Translations under genes and position numbers: made by a program
NCBI GenBank assembly: GCA_903835555.1
Contig: CAILNN010000007.1
Span: forward strand, 16,342-80,341
Origin: an uncultured Verrucomicrobiota bacterium
Lineage (GTDB): Bacteria > Verrucomicrobiota > Verrucomicrobiia > Limisphaerales > UBA9464
DNA length: 64,000 bases
Direction: 5' to 3'
Shown: piece by piece, positions 46,012-57,087 of the stretch
How positions within the stretch are numbered: position 1 is the first letter of the stretch
Layout of the letters: every line of letters starts with the position of its first letter
The notes under the pieces: generated by a model
What the model was told of the DNA's origin: nothing
Databases searched by the model: none
The model's input: only the letters and a program-made list of their open reading frames with translations

Positions 46012-47727
46012 ATGAAGTATATCTTTGTGACGGGAGGCGTCGTCAGTTCACTTGGGAAGGGGTTAACGGCTGCAGCCTTGGGTACCTTGTTGGAGAACCG
46101 TGGGCTGAAAGTGGCGCTGCAAAAATTTGACCCCTACCTGAACGTCGACCCAGGGACGATGAGCCCGACCCAGCACGGGGAGGTGTACGTTCTCGACGAT
46201 GGAGCGGAGACGGATTTGGATTTGGGACACTACGAACGCTTTACCAGCACCAAATTGACACGGCGGAATTCGACCACGAGCGGCCAAGTCTACCAAGAGG
46301 TCTTGAATAACGAACGGGCGGGAACCTATCTCGGGAAAACCGTGCAAGTCATTCCGCATGTGACCGATGAAATCCAGCGGCGAATTTTGCAATTGGCTAC
46401 CGATTCCAAGGTAGACGTCGTCATCACGGAAATCGGTGGAACGGTGGGAGACATTGAAGGGCTTCCTTTTCTCGAAGCGATCCGGGAATTCGCGCTGGAT
46501 GTTGGGCCGGGCAACGTCTGTTTCATCCATGTAACCTATGTCCCGTTCATCAAAGCTGCTGGTGAGCTCAAGACAAAGCCGACCCAGCAGAGCGTCGCGA
46601 AGCTGCGGGAGATCGGTATCACACCGCATCTGTTGGTATGTCGCTGCGAACAACCGTTGAACAAGGAGTTGCGAAGCAAGTTGAGCCTGTTTTGCAATGT
46701 GCCCTACGAAGCGGTCATCGAGGAAAAGGATGTCGAGCATTCAATCTACGAAGTACCGCTCATGCTCCAGCGGGAGCGATTGGACGACCTCGTTTGCAAG
46801 TACTTCCAAATCGTTGCCCCGCCAGCAAACATGTTTCAATGGCAGGAGGTGATTCGACGTCTCGTGGCACCTCAGCATCGGGTGCGAGTTGGCGTGGTCG
46901 GGAAGTACACCGGACTGGCTGACGCTTATAAGTCCGTCCACGAGGCATTGGTGCATGCCGGGATTGCGAGTGATTGCCGCGTCCAGATCGAGCCAATCGA
47001 CGCCGAGGAAGTTGAAAAGGCGGATGGATTGGAGCTACTCAAGGGGTTGGGTGGCATTCTGGTCCCTGGTGGATTCGGCAATCGCGGGATCGAAGGCAAA
47101 ATCCGGGCGGCAAGGTATGCCCGCGAAAACGAGATTCCCTATCTTGGGCTTTGCCTGGGCATGCAGGTGGCGACAATCGAATTCGCCCGCAACATCCTGG
47201 GTTTGAAGAGTGCTAATTCAACCGAGTTCGACGAACTTACCCCTGATCCGGTCATCCATTTGCAGGAGACCCAACGGCATGTGAAACGCAAGGGCGGCTC
47301 CATGCGACTGGGGGCTCAGGAGAGTGCCATCCGTGAGGGCACATTGACCCGAAGGATTTACGATGCGGCCCTGGTGAGCGAACGGCATCGCCATCGATAT
47401 GAGTTTAATAATCTGTATCGTGAACGATTTGAAGCCCGCGGGTTTGTCATCAGCGCAACGACCCCCGACGATCAATTGGTGGAGATTATTGAGTTGAAAG
47501 ATCATCCATTTTTTGTTGCCTCGCAATTCCATCCCGAATTTCAGAGCAAGCCGACCAAGCCACATCCGCTATTTGTCGGGTTCATCACCGCTGCTCACCA
47601 AAGACAACATCACACTCCTCTAGTCCCAATTATTGCACCACCGATTTCCGCGCCAACGGCCGCAGAAAACAGGGCAGGAGCGGTAGCAGCGAGGATTTCG
47701 ACCCGCCCCGTGGACGCCGCCCAATAA
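46012..47727 (+). CDS. pyrG: CTP synthase
   Basis: [54 protein letters not shown]. Confidence 0.98.
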   Translation: MKYIFVTGGVVSSLGKGLTAAALGTLLENRGLKVALQKFDPYLNVDPGTMSPTQHGEVYVLDDGAETDLDLGHYERFTSTKLTRRNSTTSGQVYQEVLNNERAGTYLGKTVQVIPHVTDEIQRRILQLATDSKVDVVITEIGGTVGDIEGLPFLEAIREFALDVGPGNVCFIHVTYVPFIKAAGELKTKPTQQSVAKLREIGITPHLLVCRCEQPLNKELRSKLSLFCNVPYEAVIEEKDVEHSIYEVPLMLQRERLDDLVCKYFQIVAPPANMFQWQEVIRRLVAPQHRVRVGVVGKYTGLADAYKSVHEALVHAGIASDCRVQIEPIDAEEVEKADGLELLKGLGGILVPGGFGNRGIEGKIRAARYARENEIPYLGLCLGMQVATIEFARNILGLKSANSTEFDELTPDPVIHLQETQRHVKRKGGSMRLGAQESAIREGTLTRRIYDAALVSERHRHRYEFNNLYRERFEARGFVISATTPDDQLVEIIELKDHPFFVASQFHPEFQSKPTKPHPLFVGFITAAHQRQHHTPLVPIIAPPISAPTAAENRAGAVAARISTRPVDAAQ

Positions 47728-47754
47728 GCCGCGGGCTCGTTCGGTTGGAAGGGC

Positions 47755-48987
47755 TCAGATGACCGGTCCAGAGCCCTTGCTATCCAGACAAACAATGGAG
47801 CCTTGGGCATTTCGGACGTATATCCGACCATTAGCCAACACAGGGACGGTCCAGCACTTGCCCCCGGTTACTTGGGCGCGGGCAACTTCAGAGTATTTAT
47901 CTGGGCGTGCCTCGGCGATAATAAGTTCGCCGCGTCCAGTGATCCAAATGAGTTTGCCGTCTGCCAAGGTCATGTTACCGGTTTCGGATGAAGGGGAGGT
48001 CCATTGGACCTTTCCGGTGGCGATTTCGAGACATTTGAGCTTGGAATCCTTGTCACCGCCCTGGCCATCAATGGCATAAATAAAACCGCCGACGGCAACG
48101 CCGGTGGAAAAATGGCTTCGGACCTCCTTGTTGATCCAGATAGGGGACGGTTTCCCATCGCCAAATGCGATGACTCCAGCCCCGGTCCCGTAGCCTGAAG
48201 AGAGAAACATCTTGTCGCCCACAACGATGGGGTCGGCGGAATTCACTTCGTAGGAGGTCTTCCAGGGATGATGCCATAGGACCTCGCCGGTCTTGGTTTC
48301 AACTGCCCATACTTCTTTGGCTCCGAAAATGGCGACAGCCTGCTTGCCCGTGGAGACAAATGGGACTGGCGTCCCGTAGCCTGCGGCTTCCTTGCCGGAA
48401 GACCAAACAACCTCGCCCGACGCCTTCTTGACTGCGAGTCCGTGTTGGCCGAAATTGAGAACCAGGAGGTCTCCAGCAACATGCGGTGAACCAGCGAAGC
48501 CCCAATCGGGTGTCGTTAGACCGAGATCTTTGGCGAATGTCTTTTGCCAAATCACTTTTCCGCTGGCTGTTTCGAGGCAAAATACATGACCTGATTTGGA
48601 GACGGAATAGAGGCGATCGGTGTCCACTGTCGGGGTGGCACTCGGTCCTCCCTCGTAGTATTTCGGATCGAGCTCTTCGGGATAGGCATGGACCCATTTC
48701 TCCAAACCGGAGGTGGCGTCGAGGCAGTAAATCCGGTCTTCTTTGCCATTGTTTCCGACGGTAAAGAGTCGTCCAGCGGCAATGCTGACCGAGGCAAAGC
48801 CGGTGCCAACGTTTTTCTTCCACAACTGACGCGGCTGACCACCAGGCCAAGCACCCAGCCAGTTTTTCTCGGTCGAAATGCCATTGAATTGTTCACCACG
48901 AAACCGGGGCCAATCTTCCGCAAAAGCAAGGCTCAGACTGAGCGCTGAAACCAAAGTGTAACCGATCCAAGGAAGCAGAGGACGCAT
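47755..48987 (-). CDS. exported PQQ-like beta-propeller repeat protein
   Basis: Signal peptide then DWPRFRG; repeated CLD..SG..W blades; WTVPVLANGRIYVR. Confidence 0.88.
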   Translation of the reverse strand: MRPLLPWIGYTLVSALSLSLAFAEDWPRFRGEQFNGISTEKNWLGAWPGGQPRQLWKKNVGTGFASVSIAAGRLFTVGNNGKEDRIYCLDATSGLEKWVHAYPEELDPKYYEGGPSATPTVDTDRLYSVSKSGHVFCLETASGKVIWQKTFAKDLGLTTPDWGFAGSPHVAGDLLVLNFGQHGLAVKKASGEVVWSSGKEAAGYGTPVPFVSTGKQAVAIFGAKEVWAVETKTGEVLWHHPWKTSYEVNSADPIVVGDKMFLSSGYGTGAGVIAFGDGKPSPIWINKEVRSHFSTGVAVGGFIYAIDGQGGDKDSKLKCLEIATGKVQWTSPSSETGNMTLADGKLIWITGRGELIIAEARPDKYSEVARAQVTGGKCWTVPVLANGRIYVRNAQGSIVCLDSKGSGPVI

Positions 48988-49059
48988 AGCCGAACGGTAA
49001 CCTTGGTTGCCAGCCCGTCAATCAGTGCCTGTCCCACGCCTGCTGAAGAGGTCACCCCA

Positions 49060-50916
49060 CTAGATAGACGTTTGGAAGGTTTGATTCGTCCCCTGACTAT
49101 CCTGCATTTCCGCCAAACGGCGATAGGCCCCGTGTTCCCGCTGAATCAATTCCGAGTGTGAACCAGATTCAATCACGGTACCTGATTGAATGAAATAGAT
49201 GCGATCGACATTCCGAATGGTTGAGAGACGGTGGGCTATGATAAAGGCCGTCCGCCCTTCTAATAGCACATTCAGCGCCTGTTGGATGAGTTGCTCGTTT
49301 TCTGAATCTAGCGAACTTGTGGCCTCGTCTAGAATCAGAATGGCCGGGTCCTTGAGCAACGCCCGGGCAATGGCGATACGCTGGCGTTGGCCACCGGATA
49401 GTTTGACTCCCCGCTCGCCGACCACGGTGGAATAACCGTCCGGGAAGCGCTCAATGAATTCATCGCAGATTGCCCGGCGTGCGGCCAATCTCACATCTTC
49501 AGAAGTGGCACTGGGTCGCCCATAACGGATGTTTTCCTCGATGGTACCACCGAAAAGCAGGACTTCCTGGGGAACGATGGCTAGGTTTCGGCGGAGTTCA
49601 ACCACGGGAATCTCACTGGCCAATCGTCCGTCAAAGAGAATGGTCCCGTGGACCGGTTCGTAAAAGCGTAGGAGCAGAGAAACAATCGTGGATTTCCCGG
49701 CACCACTGGGCCCGACAAGAGCGATTTTCTGGCCCGGAGCAGCCTCCAATTGTAGTCGCTGAAGAACCGGGGCGTCTGGACGGGACGGGTAATGAAAATC
49801 CACCTGATTAAAACGAACTTCTCCGCGGAAACGAGGCTTGGGCGTTTCGCCTGGGACGGAGACAGCCATCACATTTAGCTCGGTCGGCTCAGCCATTAAC
49901 TCCCGGACGCGTTCAGTCGCGCCAAGCGTCTTCTGGACTTGGCTAAATACATCAGCAAAGGAGGCAACCGAGCCCCCGACAAAGGTGGTATAGAGTAGAA
50001 AGCGGGTCAGTTCACCAAAGGTCAATTCCCCGGCCTGCATCAAGCGGGCACCGTACCAGAATACCAGGACAATCGAGCCAAAGACTCCAAAGATGATAAA
50101 CGAGATTAGCGATGCTCGAAAGCGGGCCGTCTTAAGGATAACGACCAGGAATTCGTTGAGGCAACGTGAGTAGCGGTCGAGTTCAAATCGCTCGTTGCCA
50201 AAGGCCTTGACTCCGGCGATACCATGAAGTGATTCCTCAACGACAATGGCACCATCGGCCAATCGATCTTGACCGATCCGGGATACTCCCCGAATTCTTC
50301 GTCCCATCATAATGGCGGCGAGCAGTAGGACTGGGAAACTTGAGATCATGACGGCACTTAGCCGAAACGACGTCAACGCGATTAGGGTAACGCCGCCTAA
50401 TAACAAGGCAGATTGCCGAAGGCACTGAGGGATGGTCGATGTCAGCGTGTCCTGAATAATGGAAAGATCGGTGCCAAGTCGGCTGGAGAGTTCACCAACT
50501 CGGCGTTGAGCAAAGAAGGACATGGGCTGCCCCAATAGATGAGCGAAGGTTTCTCGACGAATATCGACCAGTGCCGATTCGCCACACCGATTAAATCCAT
50601 ACGAAGAAATAAACGAAAACGCGGCTTGAATCGCCAGAGTACCGAGGAGTGTCAACGCAATTTGGTTGAGTGAATCGTGAGCATTTCCAGCGCTATTGGG
50701 GGTTACTCGCGAAGCATCCAGTAGTTTCCCGGTGAGGTAGGGAAATGCCAAGCCCAGCGACGACGAAATGACTAATGCAAGAACGGAAATCGAAAAGCGA
50801 ATCCGATAGGGGAGCAAGTAGCGGAAGATACGACTCGCTTGCCGAAAGGATTCCAATCGGGAGGGACGCAGTCCTGACAATCGAAGGGGTGAGTTTGAGT
50901 CCAAAGGTGACGACAC
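49060..50916 (-). CDS. ABC exporter, fused permease/ATP-binding (MsbA/ABCB-like)
   Basis: TM domain, GPSGAGKS, LSGGQRQR, ILDEATSSLD, IAHRLST. Confidence 0.94.
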   Translation of the reverse strand: MSSPLDSNSPLRLSGLRPSRLESFRQASRIFRYLLPYRIRFSISVLALVISSSLGLAFPYLTGKLLDASRVTPNSAGNAHDSLNQIALTLLGTLAIQAAFSFISSYGFNRCGESALVDIRRETFAHLLGQPMSFFAQRRVGELSSRLGTDLSIIQDTLTSTIPQCLRQSALLLGGVTLIALTSFRLSAVMISSFPVLLLAAIMMGRRIRGVSRIGQDRLADGAIVVEESLHGIAGVKAFGNERFELDRYSRCLNEFLVVILKTARFRASLISFIIFGVFGSIVLVFWYGARLMQAGELTFGELTRFLLYTTFVGGSVASFADVFSQVQKTLGATERVRELMAEPTELNVMAVSVPGETPKPRFRGEVRFNQVDFHYPSRPDAPVLQRLQLEAAPGQKIALVGPSGAGKSTIVSLLLRFYEPVHGTILFDGRLASEIPVVELRRNLAIVPQEVLLFGGTIEENIRYGRPSATSEDVRLAARRAICDEFIERFPDGYSTVVGERGVKLSGGQRQRIAIARALLKDPAILILDEATSSLDSENEQLIQQALNVLLEGRTAFIIAHRLSTIRNVDRIYFIQSGTVIESGSHSELIQREHGAYRRLAEMQDSQGTNQTFQTSI

Positions 50917-50972
50917 GGCGAGACGTTAACCGACATCCGGTCAATTCCCAAACATGGCCCCGAAGAACCGGT

Positions 50973-51230
50973 CTATGTCTCCGGCGAAACCGGGGAAAGT
51001 TGTAAATCACGCATCCGGAAAACCGGTTCCCCCGCTAGAAACCGAAACTTTCTGGCCCCATCCCGCCACGTTTGTCGTTGTTCTTCGGAAAGTAACTCCA
51101 ACTCCTTGCGCGTGAACTCGGCTTTCTCCTCCCCATGGACAAGGGCATAGAGCCGCAATAACTCTTCGTCAGTGGGAAGAATAGAAGGACGTTGAGGTAC
51201 CTCCACCAGGATATGGAAGTGATTGGACAT
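50973..51230 (-). mobile_element. remnant of a REP-associated tyrosine (HUH/Y1) transposase
   Basis: MSNHFHILVEVP HUH motif. Only about 85 aa; lacks the N-terminus and the catalytic Tyr region. Confidence 0.7.
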
Positions 51231-51289
51231 AAAACCTGTCCCTTTGTTTTTTATTGCTTCCGGTCGGTGCTGCCTGATTCTTCTACGAT

Positions 51290-51961
51290 ATGCGTCTTGG
51301 TCTGCGTCGATTCCCGTTCTGGGGGATGTTGGCGATTTGTCTGTACCTAGTGACAGGGCTGGCGTGGGCACATCGGCTCGATGAGTACTTGCAGGCGGCT
51401 TTGGTCACGGTTGCGCCACGTCGGGTTACAATCGATCTGTCGCTGACGCCGGGGGTTGCGGTTGTATCAAATGTGGTTGCAGCTATTGATCTGGACAGGA
51501 ACCAAATTATCTCGCCCGAGGAGGAACGGGCATATGGAAAATTGGTGCTCAGCGACCTGACAGCGGAGCTGGACAAGGCGCACGTGCCGCTGCGTTTGGC
51601 TGGATCCAAGTTTCCCAAAATGAGCGAAATGCAGGAGGGGCAAGGCAGCGTCCAACTTCGGTTTGAAGGTCCCCTTCCCCGCCTGAATTCGGGATTTCAT
51701 CACCTGAGAATCGAGAATCGGCATCTTCCCGTAATCAGCCAGTACCTGGTGAATGCCTTGGTCCCGGAATCGCCAATGATTCTGATTCGGCACCAGGAGC
51801 GAAATGCGGCGCAGACTTCCTATACAGTGACGTTTGAAATTAGACAAAAAGAGCCCGATCCCCGGATAGCCGTGGAGCGCGCCCATTTGATTTTGGGAGC
51901 AATTGGAGTAGCCGCCATAGTGGGCGGATTGGGCGTTCTTAGGTCGATTCGGGGAAAATAG
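51290..51961 (+). CDS. exported, C-terminally anchored hypothetical protein
   Basis: Signal peptide ending AWA-HRLDEYLQA, DLDRNQIIS loop, C-terminal TM. Confidence 0.7.
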   Translation: MRLGLRRFPFWGMLAICLYLVTGLAWAHRLDEYLQAALVTVAPRRVTIDLSLTPGVAVVSNVVAAIDLDRNQIISPEEERAYGKLVLSDLTAELDKAHVPLRLAGSKFPKMSEMQEGQGSVQLRFEGPLPRLNSGFHHLRIENRHLPVISQYLVNALVPESPMILIRHQERNAAQTSYTVTFEIRQKEPDPRIAVERAHLILGAIGVAAIVGGLGVLRSIRGK

Positions 51962-52021
51962 CGCGCATAGGACCGATGGGACCTAGGATTGCAGGCTCCG
52001 GCACATCGCGGGTGTAAAACC

Positions 52022-52453
52022 TTAAATTCGGCCTTCGTCGGCGTCGATGCAGTCGAAAAAGGTTTGGATATCATCCCGCTGGAGCATCCCCAATTGGTCT
52101 TTACGGAAGCGTAAGCGCTCTTGGACGGCAGGGTCTTGATCTCGGCCGGAAAGGGGTAATGCATGATTCAGTGCCGCGCGTTCCGAGGACCGGGTGGGAT
52201 TGATATGGATTCGAACCCAATCGCAGATTTGGCCGTCAGTGGGGCAATCGCGGACCACTTCAACGAAGGCTTCGGGGGTAATGCCAGCCGCACTGATCCA
52301 GCGGGCATCAAACCCTTTGTGGAGAAAATTCTCCTGGTAATCGGAATGGAGTTGGCCAGCCAGATGGAGCCGGATTTTATCGATCAGCCTGGGCAGGTAA
52401 ATCCAGCCAGCCATCATTTCACGGGGAGAACGAGGAAAAATGCGTGCGCTCAT
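52022..52453 (-). CDS. DUF5069 family protein
   Basis: PRSPREMMAGWIYLPRLIDKIRL, TFFDCIDADEGR. Start moved to ATG 52453. Confidence 0.8.
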   Translation of the reverse strand: MSARIFPRSPREMMAGWIYLPRLIDKIRLHLAGQLHSDYQENFLHKGFDARWISAAGITPEAFVEVVRDCPTDGQICDWVRIHINPTRSSERAALNHALPLSGRDQDPAVQERLRFRKDQLGMLQRDDIQTFFDCIDADEGRI

Positions 52454-52561
52454 TTCGGGATGGTGGGGCGGCCCCCAGAAAAGCCAAGCACCGGTTTGGA
52501 TGGATTTCTGACACCAGCGCTTTTCCTGAAGACGAATCTCTGACAGGTTTTTCGGACTCAC

Positions 52562-53959
52562 ATGAACCCCTCGGATACGCAGCTGATTTTGCTGGCCCTG
52601 GCTGCGGTGGGAGTCTTGGTCGGCTTGATTACCCGCGCCAAGGTCAACGCCTTTATCGCCCTTCTGTTGGCGTCCCTGCTGGTTGGAGCCGGAGCATCGA
52701 TGAGCGGGCACCAGATTGCGGAAGCACCCGGAAAATGGGTGGCCTATACTTTGCCGGGAGTCGTTAAATCTTTTGGCGATGGTCTGGGAGCGACTTTGGG
52801 CGGCATCGCGGCGGTGGTAGGATTGGGAACAATGCTCGGGCGGCTACTTGCTGAATCAGGAGGAGCCGAAGTCTTGGCTAGGCAATTCGCCTGTTTTTTT
52901 GGCCCCAAGTACATTCAGTGGTGCATCATGGCCCTGGCGTTGGCGGTGGGTTTGACCACCTGGTTTGCGGTAGGCTTGGTGCTCTTGCTGCCGATCCTGC
53001 TGACATTGACCCATGAGACCAAACAGCCGTTTCTGCGGTTGACCCTGCCGTTGCTGGCCTGTCTATCGGTGATGCATGGGGTTATGCCACCGCATCCCGG
53101 ACCAGTCGTTGCTGCAGGCGCACTAAAGACGAGTCTGGGACTTGTCTTGTTTTGGGGAATGATCATTGGACTACCAACGGCAGCCATTGCGGGTCCGGTC
53201 TGGGCGAAGTTTGCGGTCACTTGGGTCGAGGCTACACCACCCGCCATCCCGAATCGTTCCTTGACATTGGCTGCGGGGCGTCGCCTCCCGGGCTTCAGGT
53301 TGACCCTTTTTTCCATCCTGTTACCAGTCCTGTTAATGTTAATTGCAACCGCCGCCGAGCTTTTCCCGCCTCCCCAGCCCGCGATTCGTTCTGCCTTTAA
53401 TTTCATTGGAAATCCGACCATTGCGCTGACAATTGCCGTCCTCTTTGCCTCATGGTCACTGGGCACGGGGTGTGGATTTCGCCGTGCGGAAGTACTCAAG
53501 TTTACCGAACAATCAATCGCTGCAGTGGGTATGACTGTCCTCGTGATCGGTGGAGGCGGAGGGTTTGCCCGTGTCTTGCGAGATAGCGGTGTGGCTGATG
53601 CCATTGGGCGATTGGGACAGTCCGCCCATCTTTCACCACTGCTGTATGGGTGGCTGGTGTCGGCGTTTATTCGGGTGGCGACAGGGTCAGCCACGGTGGC
53701 AATCACCACGGCGTCGTCGCTGCTCATACCGGTCATCGCGTTGCATCCCGAGATGGATGAAAATCACAAGGCCCTGATTATTGTTGCCATCGGGTGCGGA
53801 TCGTTGTTCCTCTCGCACCTGAATGACTCTGGCTTTTGGATGGTGAAGGACAGTCTGGGGCTTTCGGTTGGGCAAACACTTCGGACCTGGACGGTGTGTG
53901 AAACGATCGTGGGAATTGCTGGAATGCTTTTTTCGTGGGCGGCTTATTCGGTGTTGTAA
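52562..53959 (+). CDS. GntP family gluconate:H+ symporter
   Basis: AESGGAE, HGVMPPHPGP, GGGGGF, RVATGSATVA, SHLNDSGFW, TLRTWT. Confidence 0.93.
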   Translation: MNPSDTQLILLALAAVGVLVGLITRAKVNAFIALLLASLLVGAGASMSGHQIAEAPGKWVAYTLPGVVKSFGDGLGATLGGIAAVVGLGTMLGRLLAESGGAEVLARQFACFFGPKYIQWCIMALALAVGLTTWFAVGLVLLLPILLTLTHETKQPFLRLTLPLLACLSVMHGVMPPHPGPVVAAGALKTSLGLVLFWGMIIGLPTAAIAGPVWAKFAVTWVEATPPAIPNRSLTLAAGRRLPGFRLTLFSILLPVLLMLIATAAELFPPPQPAIRSAFNFIGNPTIALTIAVLFASWSLGTGCGFRRAEVLKFTEQSIAAVGMTVLVIGGGGGFARVLRDSGVADAIGRLGQSAHLSPLLYGWLVSAFIRVATGSATVAITTASSLLIPVIALHPEMDENHKALIIVAIGCGSLFLSHLNDSGFWMVKDSLGLSVGQTLRTWTVCETIVGIAGMLFSWAAYSVL

Positions 53960-53990
53960 ATAGGAGGTTGCTCAACCGGAGGCCTTATGC

Positions 53991-55796
53991 TCAGGCGACC
54001 GATTTTCGCTTCCAGGCGGCGATGAACATCCCGTTTCCACCCGTGTCATTCGGCCACAGGGTCAAGGGCGAACCAACTGGGGCTTGTGGAGAAAATGGAT
54101 TGGCGAATGGCAGCGGCTCGAATTCCGATGCGAACGTGTGAGTGAACCAATCGGAGATTTCAACCGTCTCGGCGCGGGTCACGGTACAGACGGCGTAGAT
54201 TAAGCGTCCGCCCGGTTTTAGCGAACCGCGGGCGTTGGTCAGCAGCCGCCGCTGGGCCTCGACAAGTTCTTGGATGTCAATCGGGGTGGTTGTCCACCGC
54301 GCATGCGGGTTGCGCCCCCAAGTACCGACACCGGAGCACGGCGCATCGACCAAGATGCCGTCGAACTCCGTCTTCGTCGGTGGCTTCTCTCCCCCATCCC
54401 ACGGTGCCACACGATAGTTAAAGCAATGAGCGCGGGCGGTCCTTCGGCGCAGGCGCTCCAACCGCCAAGCGGCTCTATCGCTCGCCCAAATCATGCCTTT
54501 TCCGCCCATGAGGGCCGACAGATGCAATGTCTTTCCCCCTTCCCCGGCACAGGCATCCCACCACGTTTCGGTCCCCCGCGGGGCGCAAACCAAGCTCACG
54601 GCCTGAGAGGCCAAGTCCTGAATCTCAAACTCGCCCGCCTGGAAAGCTGGATGAATGAATAAATCCTCGGATCCTTGATACAGGAAGCTCCCGGCGAAAG
54701 GGCCTGGACAAACCTCCAATTCCTGAGGCAATTCTTCGATATACGCAGGATGCACACGAAGCCAAAGGCGGGGGGCGCTCTGTAGGCTGCGAGCCCAGTG
54801 CGCAGGTGCTTCCACATGCAACCAAGTCCATTCTGGAACGGTATGCGCCCGGAGATCGGAGTCGGAGAAGGAAACAGGATCACGATCAAATCGGGCTGCC
54901 AATTCCGCCGAATGTTCTAACCGCGCTTCAATGGGACCATCCGCATCCAGCCAGCCAAACCAGCGGTAGTGTTGGAAGACAGCGCGACTGATTGCTTCGG
55001 CTTCCACCGGGCTCAAGCCACGAGCATTCTTGAGGACACTGCGCAACGCAGCGTCTGCCGGCACATCCCGATTGGCTCGCTCAATTACTTCCGCCGCCAA
55101 TTCAGGAACGGAAATCGGTTTCGCCGGTGGTTCGGGCCTCCGAAAGGAGCGGACCGGCCCACCCAAGGTCGGGGACGACATCAGTTGACCGCGTCCGGGA
55201 CGCTCGTCAAATCCGAGCCTCTCCGGTCCATCGCGCCAAGGTCCGCCTGGTCCGCTAGGACCCTCTGGACGCCGAAAACGGTCAACACCTTGAAACCGGT
55301 CCTGTCCAGGTAAAGAAAACCGGGGGGGACCGCGAAACTCAGGTCGTCCGGGGCCATCGCGACGCAACTCTCCCGGACCTCGATCGGGTCGGGTACTCCA
55401 TGGGCGTCGCTGCTGCTGATTTGAAAATGAGGGTGGGCCTCCTTCTGGACGATCGGAGTATCCGCCCCCATCCGCGGAAGGACGGGCAAGAGGAGGTCTT
55501 GGACCGGGGGGGCGAGAATTATCGGGACGCGAAGGATAATCCTGATTAGGTTGTCCAGCCGGTCCTCTGGAAATCGGGTTCTGTGTTTCGCCTCGGCGAA
55601 AAAAGGGCCGTTGTCCATTTCGAATGGCATCGCGCTCCTGTCGTCCCGGTCGACCGGGACGAATCTCGCGAAACTCCTCTTGAACATGGCCTTCGGGTGA
55701 AAACACCAATCGACGCTTCCAAGTGGAAGGAGCGGGCCGGGGACCATTTCGATTGGGTGATGGGCGTCCAGGAGGCGAAGGGCGATTGGAATTCAT
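53991..55796 (-). CDS. RsmB/NOP family RNA m5C methyltransferase with a long disordered N-terminus
   Basis: FEIQD, WDACAGEGGKT, LVDAPCSG, YAVCT. About 220 aa Arg/Pro/Gly-rich leader; start uncertain. Confidence 0.88.
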   Translation of the reverse strand: MNSNRPSPPGRPSPNRNGPRPAPSTWKRRLVFSPEGHVQEEFREIRPGRPGRQERDAIRNGQRPFFRRGETQNPISRGPAGQPNQDYPSRPDNSRPPGPRPPLARPSADGGGYSDRPEGGPPSFSNQQQRRPWSTRPDRGPGELRRDGPGRPEFRGPPRFSLPGQDRFQGVDRFRRPEGPSGPGGPWRDGPERLGFDERPGRGQLMSSPTLGGPVRSFRRPEPPAKPISVPELAAEVIERANRDVPADAALRSVLKNARGLSPVEAEAISRAVFQHYRWFGWLDADGPIEARLEHSAELAARFDRDPVSFSDSDLRAHTVPEWTWLHVEAPAHWARSLQSAPRLWLRVHPAYIEELPQELEVCPGPFAGSFLYQGSEDLFIHPAFQAGEFEIQDLASQAVSLVCAPRGTETWWDACAGEGGKTLHLSALMGGKGMIWASDRAAWRLERLRRRTARAHCFNYRVAPWDGGEKPPTKTEFDGILVDAPCSGVGTWGRNPHARWTTTPIDIQELVEAQRRLLTNARGSLKPGGRLIYAVCTVTRAETVEISDWFTHTFASEFEPLPFANPFSPQAPVGSPLTLWPNDTGGNGMFIAAWKRKSVA

Positions 55797-55942
55797 GAAA
55801 GAATAGTAACAGGGGGGCCACTTCCATTGCCTTCTTCCGCAGACGACCACGTCGAGGTATCCCCAGGTCGAATGGCGAAGGCGCGACGGGCCAAACCAGT
55901 CTGTTATTTTCGCGGAAAACGTCCTTGATGCAAGCCAATGGA

Positions 55943-56881
55943 TTACTGAGATGTCGGAGGCTTGCTCGATTCGGACTTTTCGGGGATGAGCAACAGGGGG
56001 GGCTTCCATGCCTCGGGCTTGACCTTGGCAGCCATCACGCGGGCGACATGCGACATGAAATCGTCTTGGGTAGCGAGTGGTTGGCAGCTTTTAAGTTCGG
56101 AGGCCAATCGGACGGCATCTCCTTGAACCTCAAAGTAGAGGGCTAAATACAAATGCGCGTAAAACCGTTGCTGGCGAGTCAGCTCAATAGTATCGGCTGG
56201 GATCGCGACCTCGGCCAGGACCTTCTCCGGGGTGGATTGTCCGCCGAAAAGCCGATGTATTTCGGTCATGGGAACGCGGTCGTCGCCATCGATCGGTATC
56301 AAACGTGCCTGCGCCCGGGAGAAATCCAGCTCGCGGGCCGTGCACAAGAAGTGCCATACGGCGTTTTCCACGTCATGAGGGTTCACTGTCTGGTGGCTCT
56401 CGAATTGCTTCCGGCCATCGGCAAATCGCCCGGCAAAATAGAGGGCGATACCCCGTTGCCAATTGTAGGGGGCAAATGCCGGTTCCACCTCATTGACCTT
56501 GTCGAAATCCCGAACGGACTCCGTGATCCGACCGGCTTTGAATAATTCCTCGGCACGCCCCTGGAGGAGCACTCGCGAACGGGGTTCACATTCCAAGGCA
56601 TGCCCCAAGTCATCAATGGTCGCGTCGCGCTTGCCCAAGAGAGAGTTCATCTGTGCCCGAAGGTGCCACCAACGGGACTCCTTCGGGTCTGTCCGGATAG
56701 CCTCTGAAATCAAAGCGATAGCATTCGTTGAGTGGCCAGCCTTCCACTCGTTGAATGCCATTTCCGCGACCTGCTCCGGCTTGTTTTCCTCAGCGACTAT
56801 CTGGAGCGGCAATGCAAGAAGTAGGCCGGTCAATAGCAGAAAGGGGCTGATTGGTCGGACGTAACCCGCGAGACAGAACAT
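55943..56881 (-). CDS. TPR protein, NlpI-like
   Basis: TPR repeats, WQRGIALYF, NPHDVENAVWHFLC, FYAHLYLALY. Confidence 0.82.
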   Translation of the reverse strand: MFCLAGYVRPISPFLLLTGLLLALPLQIVAEENKPEQVAEMAFNEWKAGHSTNAIALISEAIRTDPKESRWWHLRAQMNSLLGKRDATIDDLGHALECEPRSRVLLQGRAEELFKAGRITESVRDFDKVNEVEPAFAPYNWQRGIALYFAGRFADGRKQFESHQTVNPHDVENAVWHFLCTARELDFSRAQARLIPIDGDDRVPMTEIHRLFGGQSTPEKVLAEVAIPADTIELTRQQRFYAHLYLALYFEVQGDAVRLASELKSCQPLATQDDFMSHVARVMAAKVKPEAWKPPLLLIPEKSESSKPPTSQ

Positions 56882-57087
56882 CGCGGGAATCTTGACGGCG
56901 AATGCGTGCGCGGCAACTCCAGAACTCAGAATCCTGACTTCCTCCGTGGGCAAATGCTTTTCCCGCAATCCCGTTGCCGACTTTTCCCTGCCAGGCAGCT
57001 TGAATGGATCGCGTCCTTTTTGCGTGCAGACAAATCCCTCCCTCCAACAACCCCTCGCCTGCTCAATTCAAACCATCGAATTTCCCA

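Noticed and set aside
47590..47760. PyrG C-terminal tail and absence of kdsA after kdsB-pyrG
   Set aside because: A short low-complexity tail and ordinary gene-order variation.
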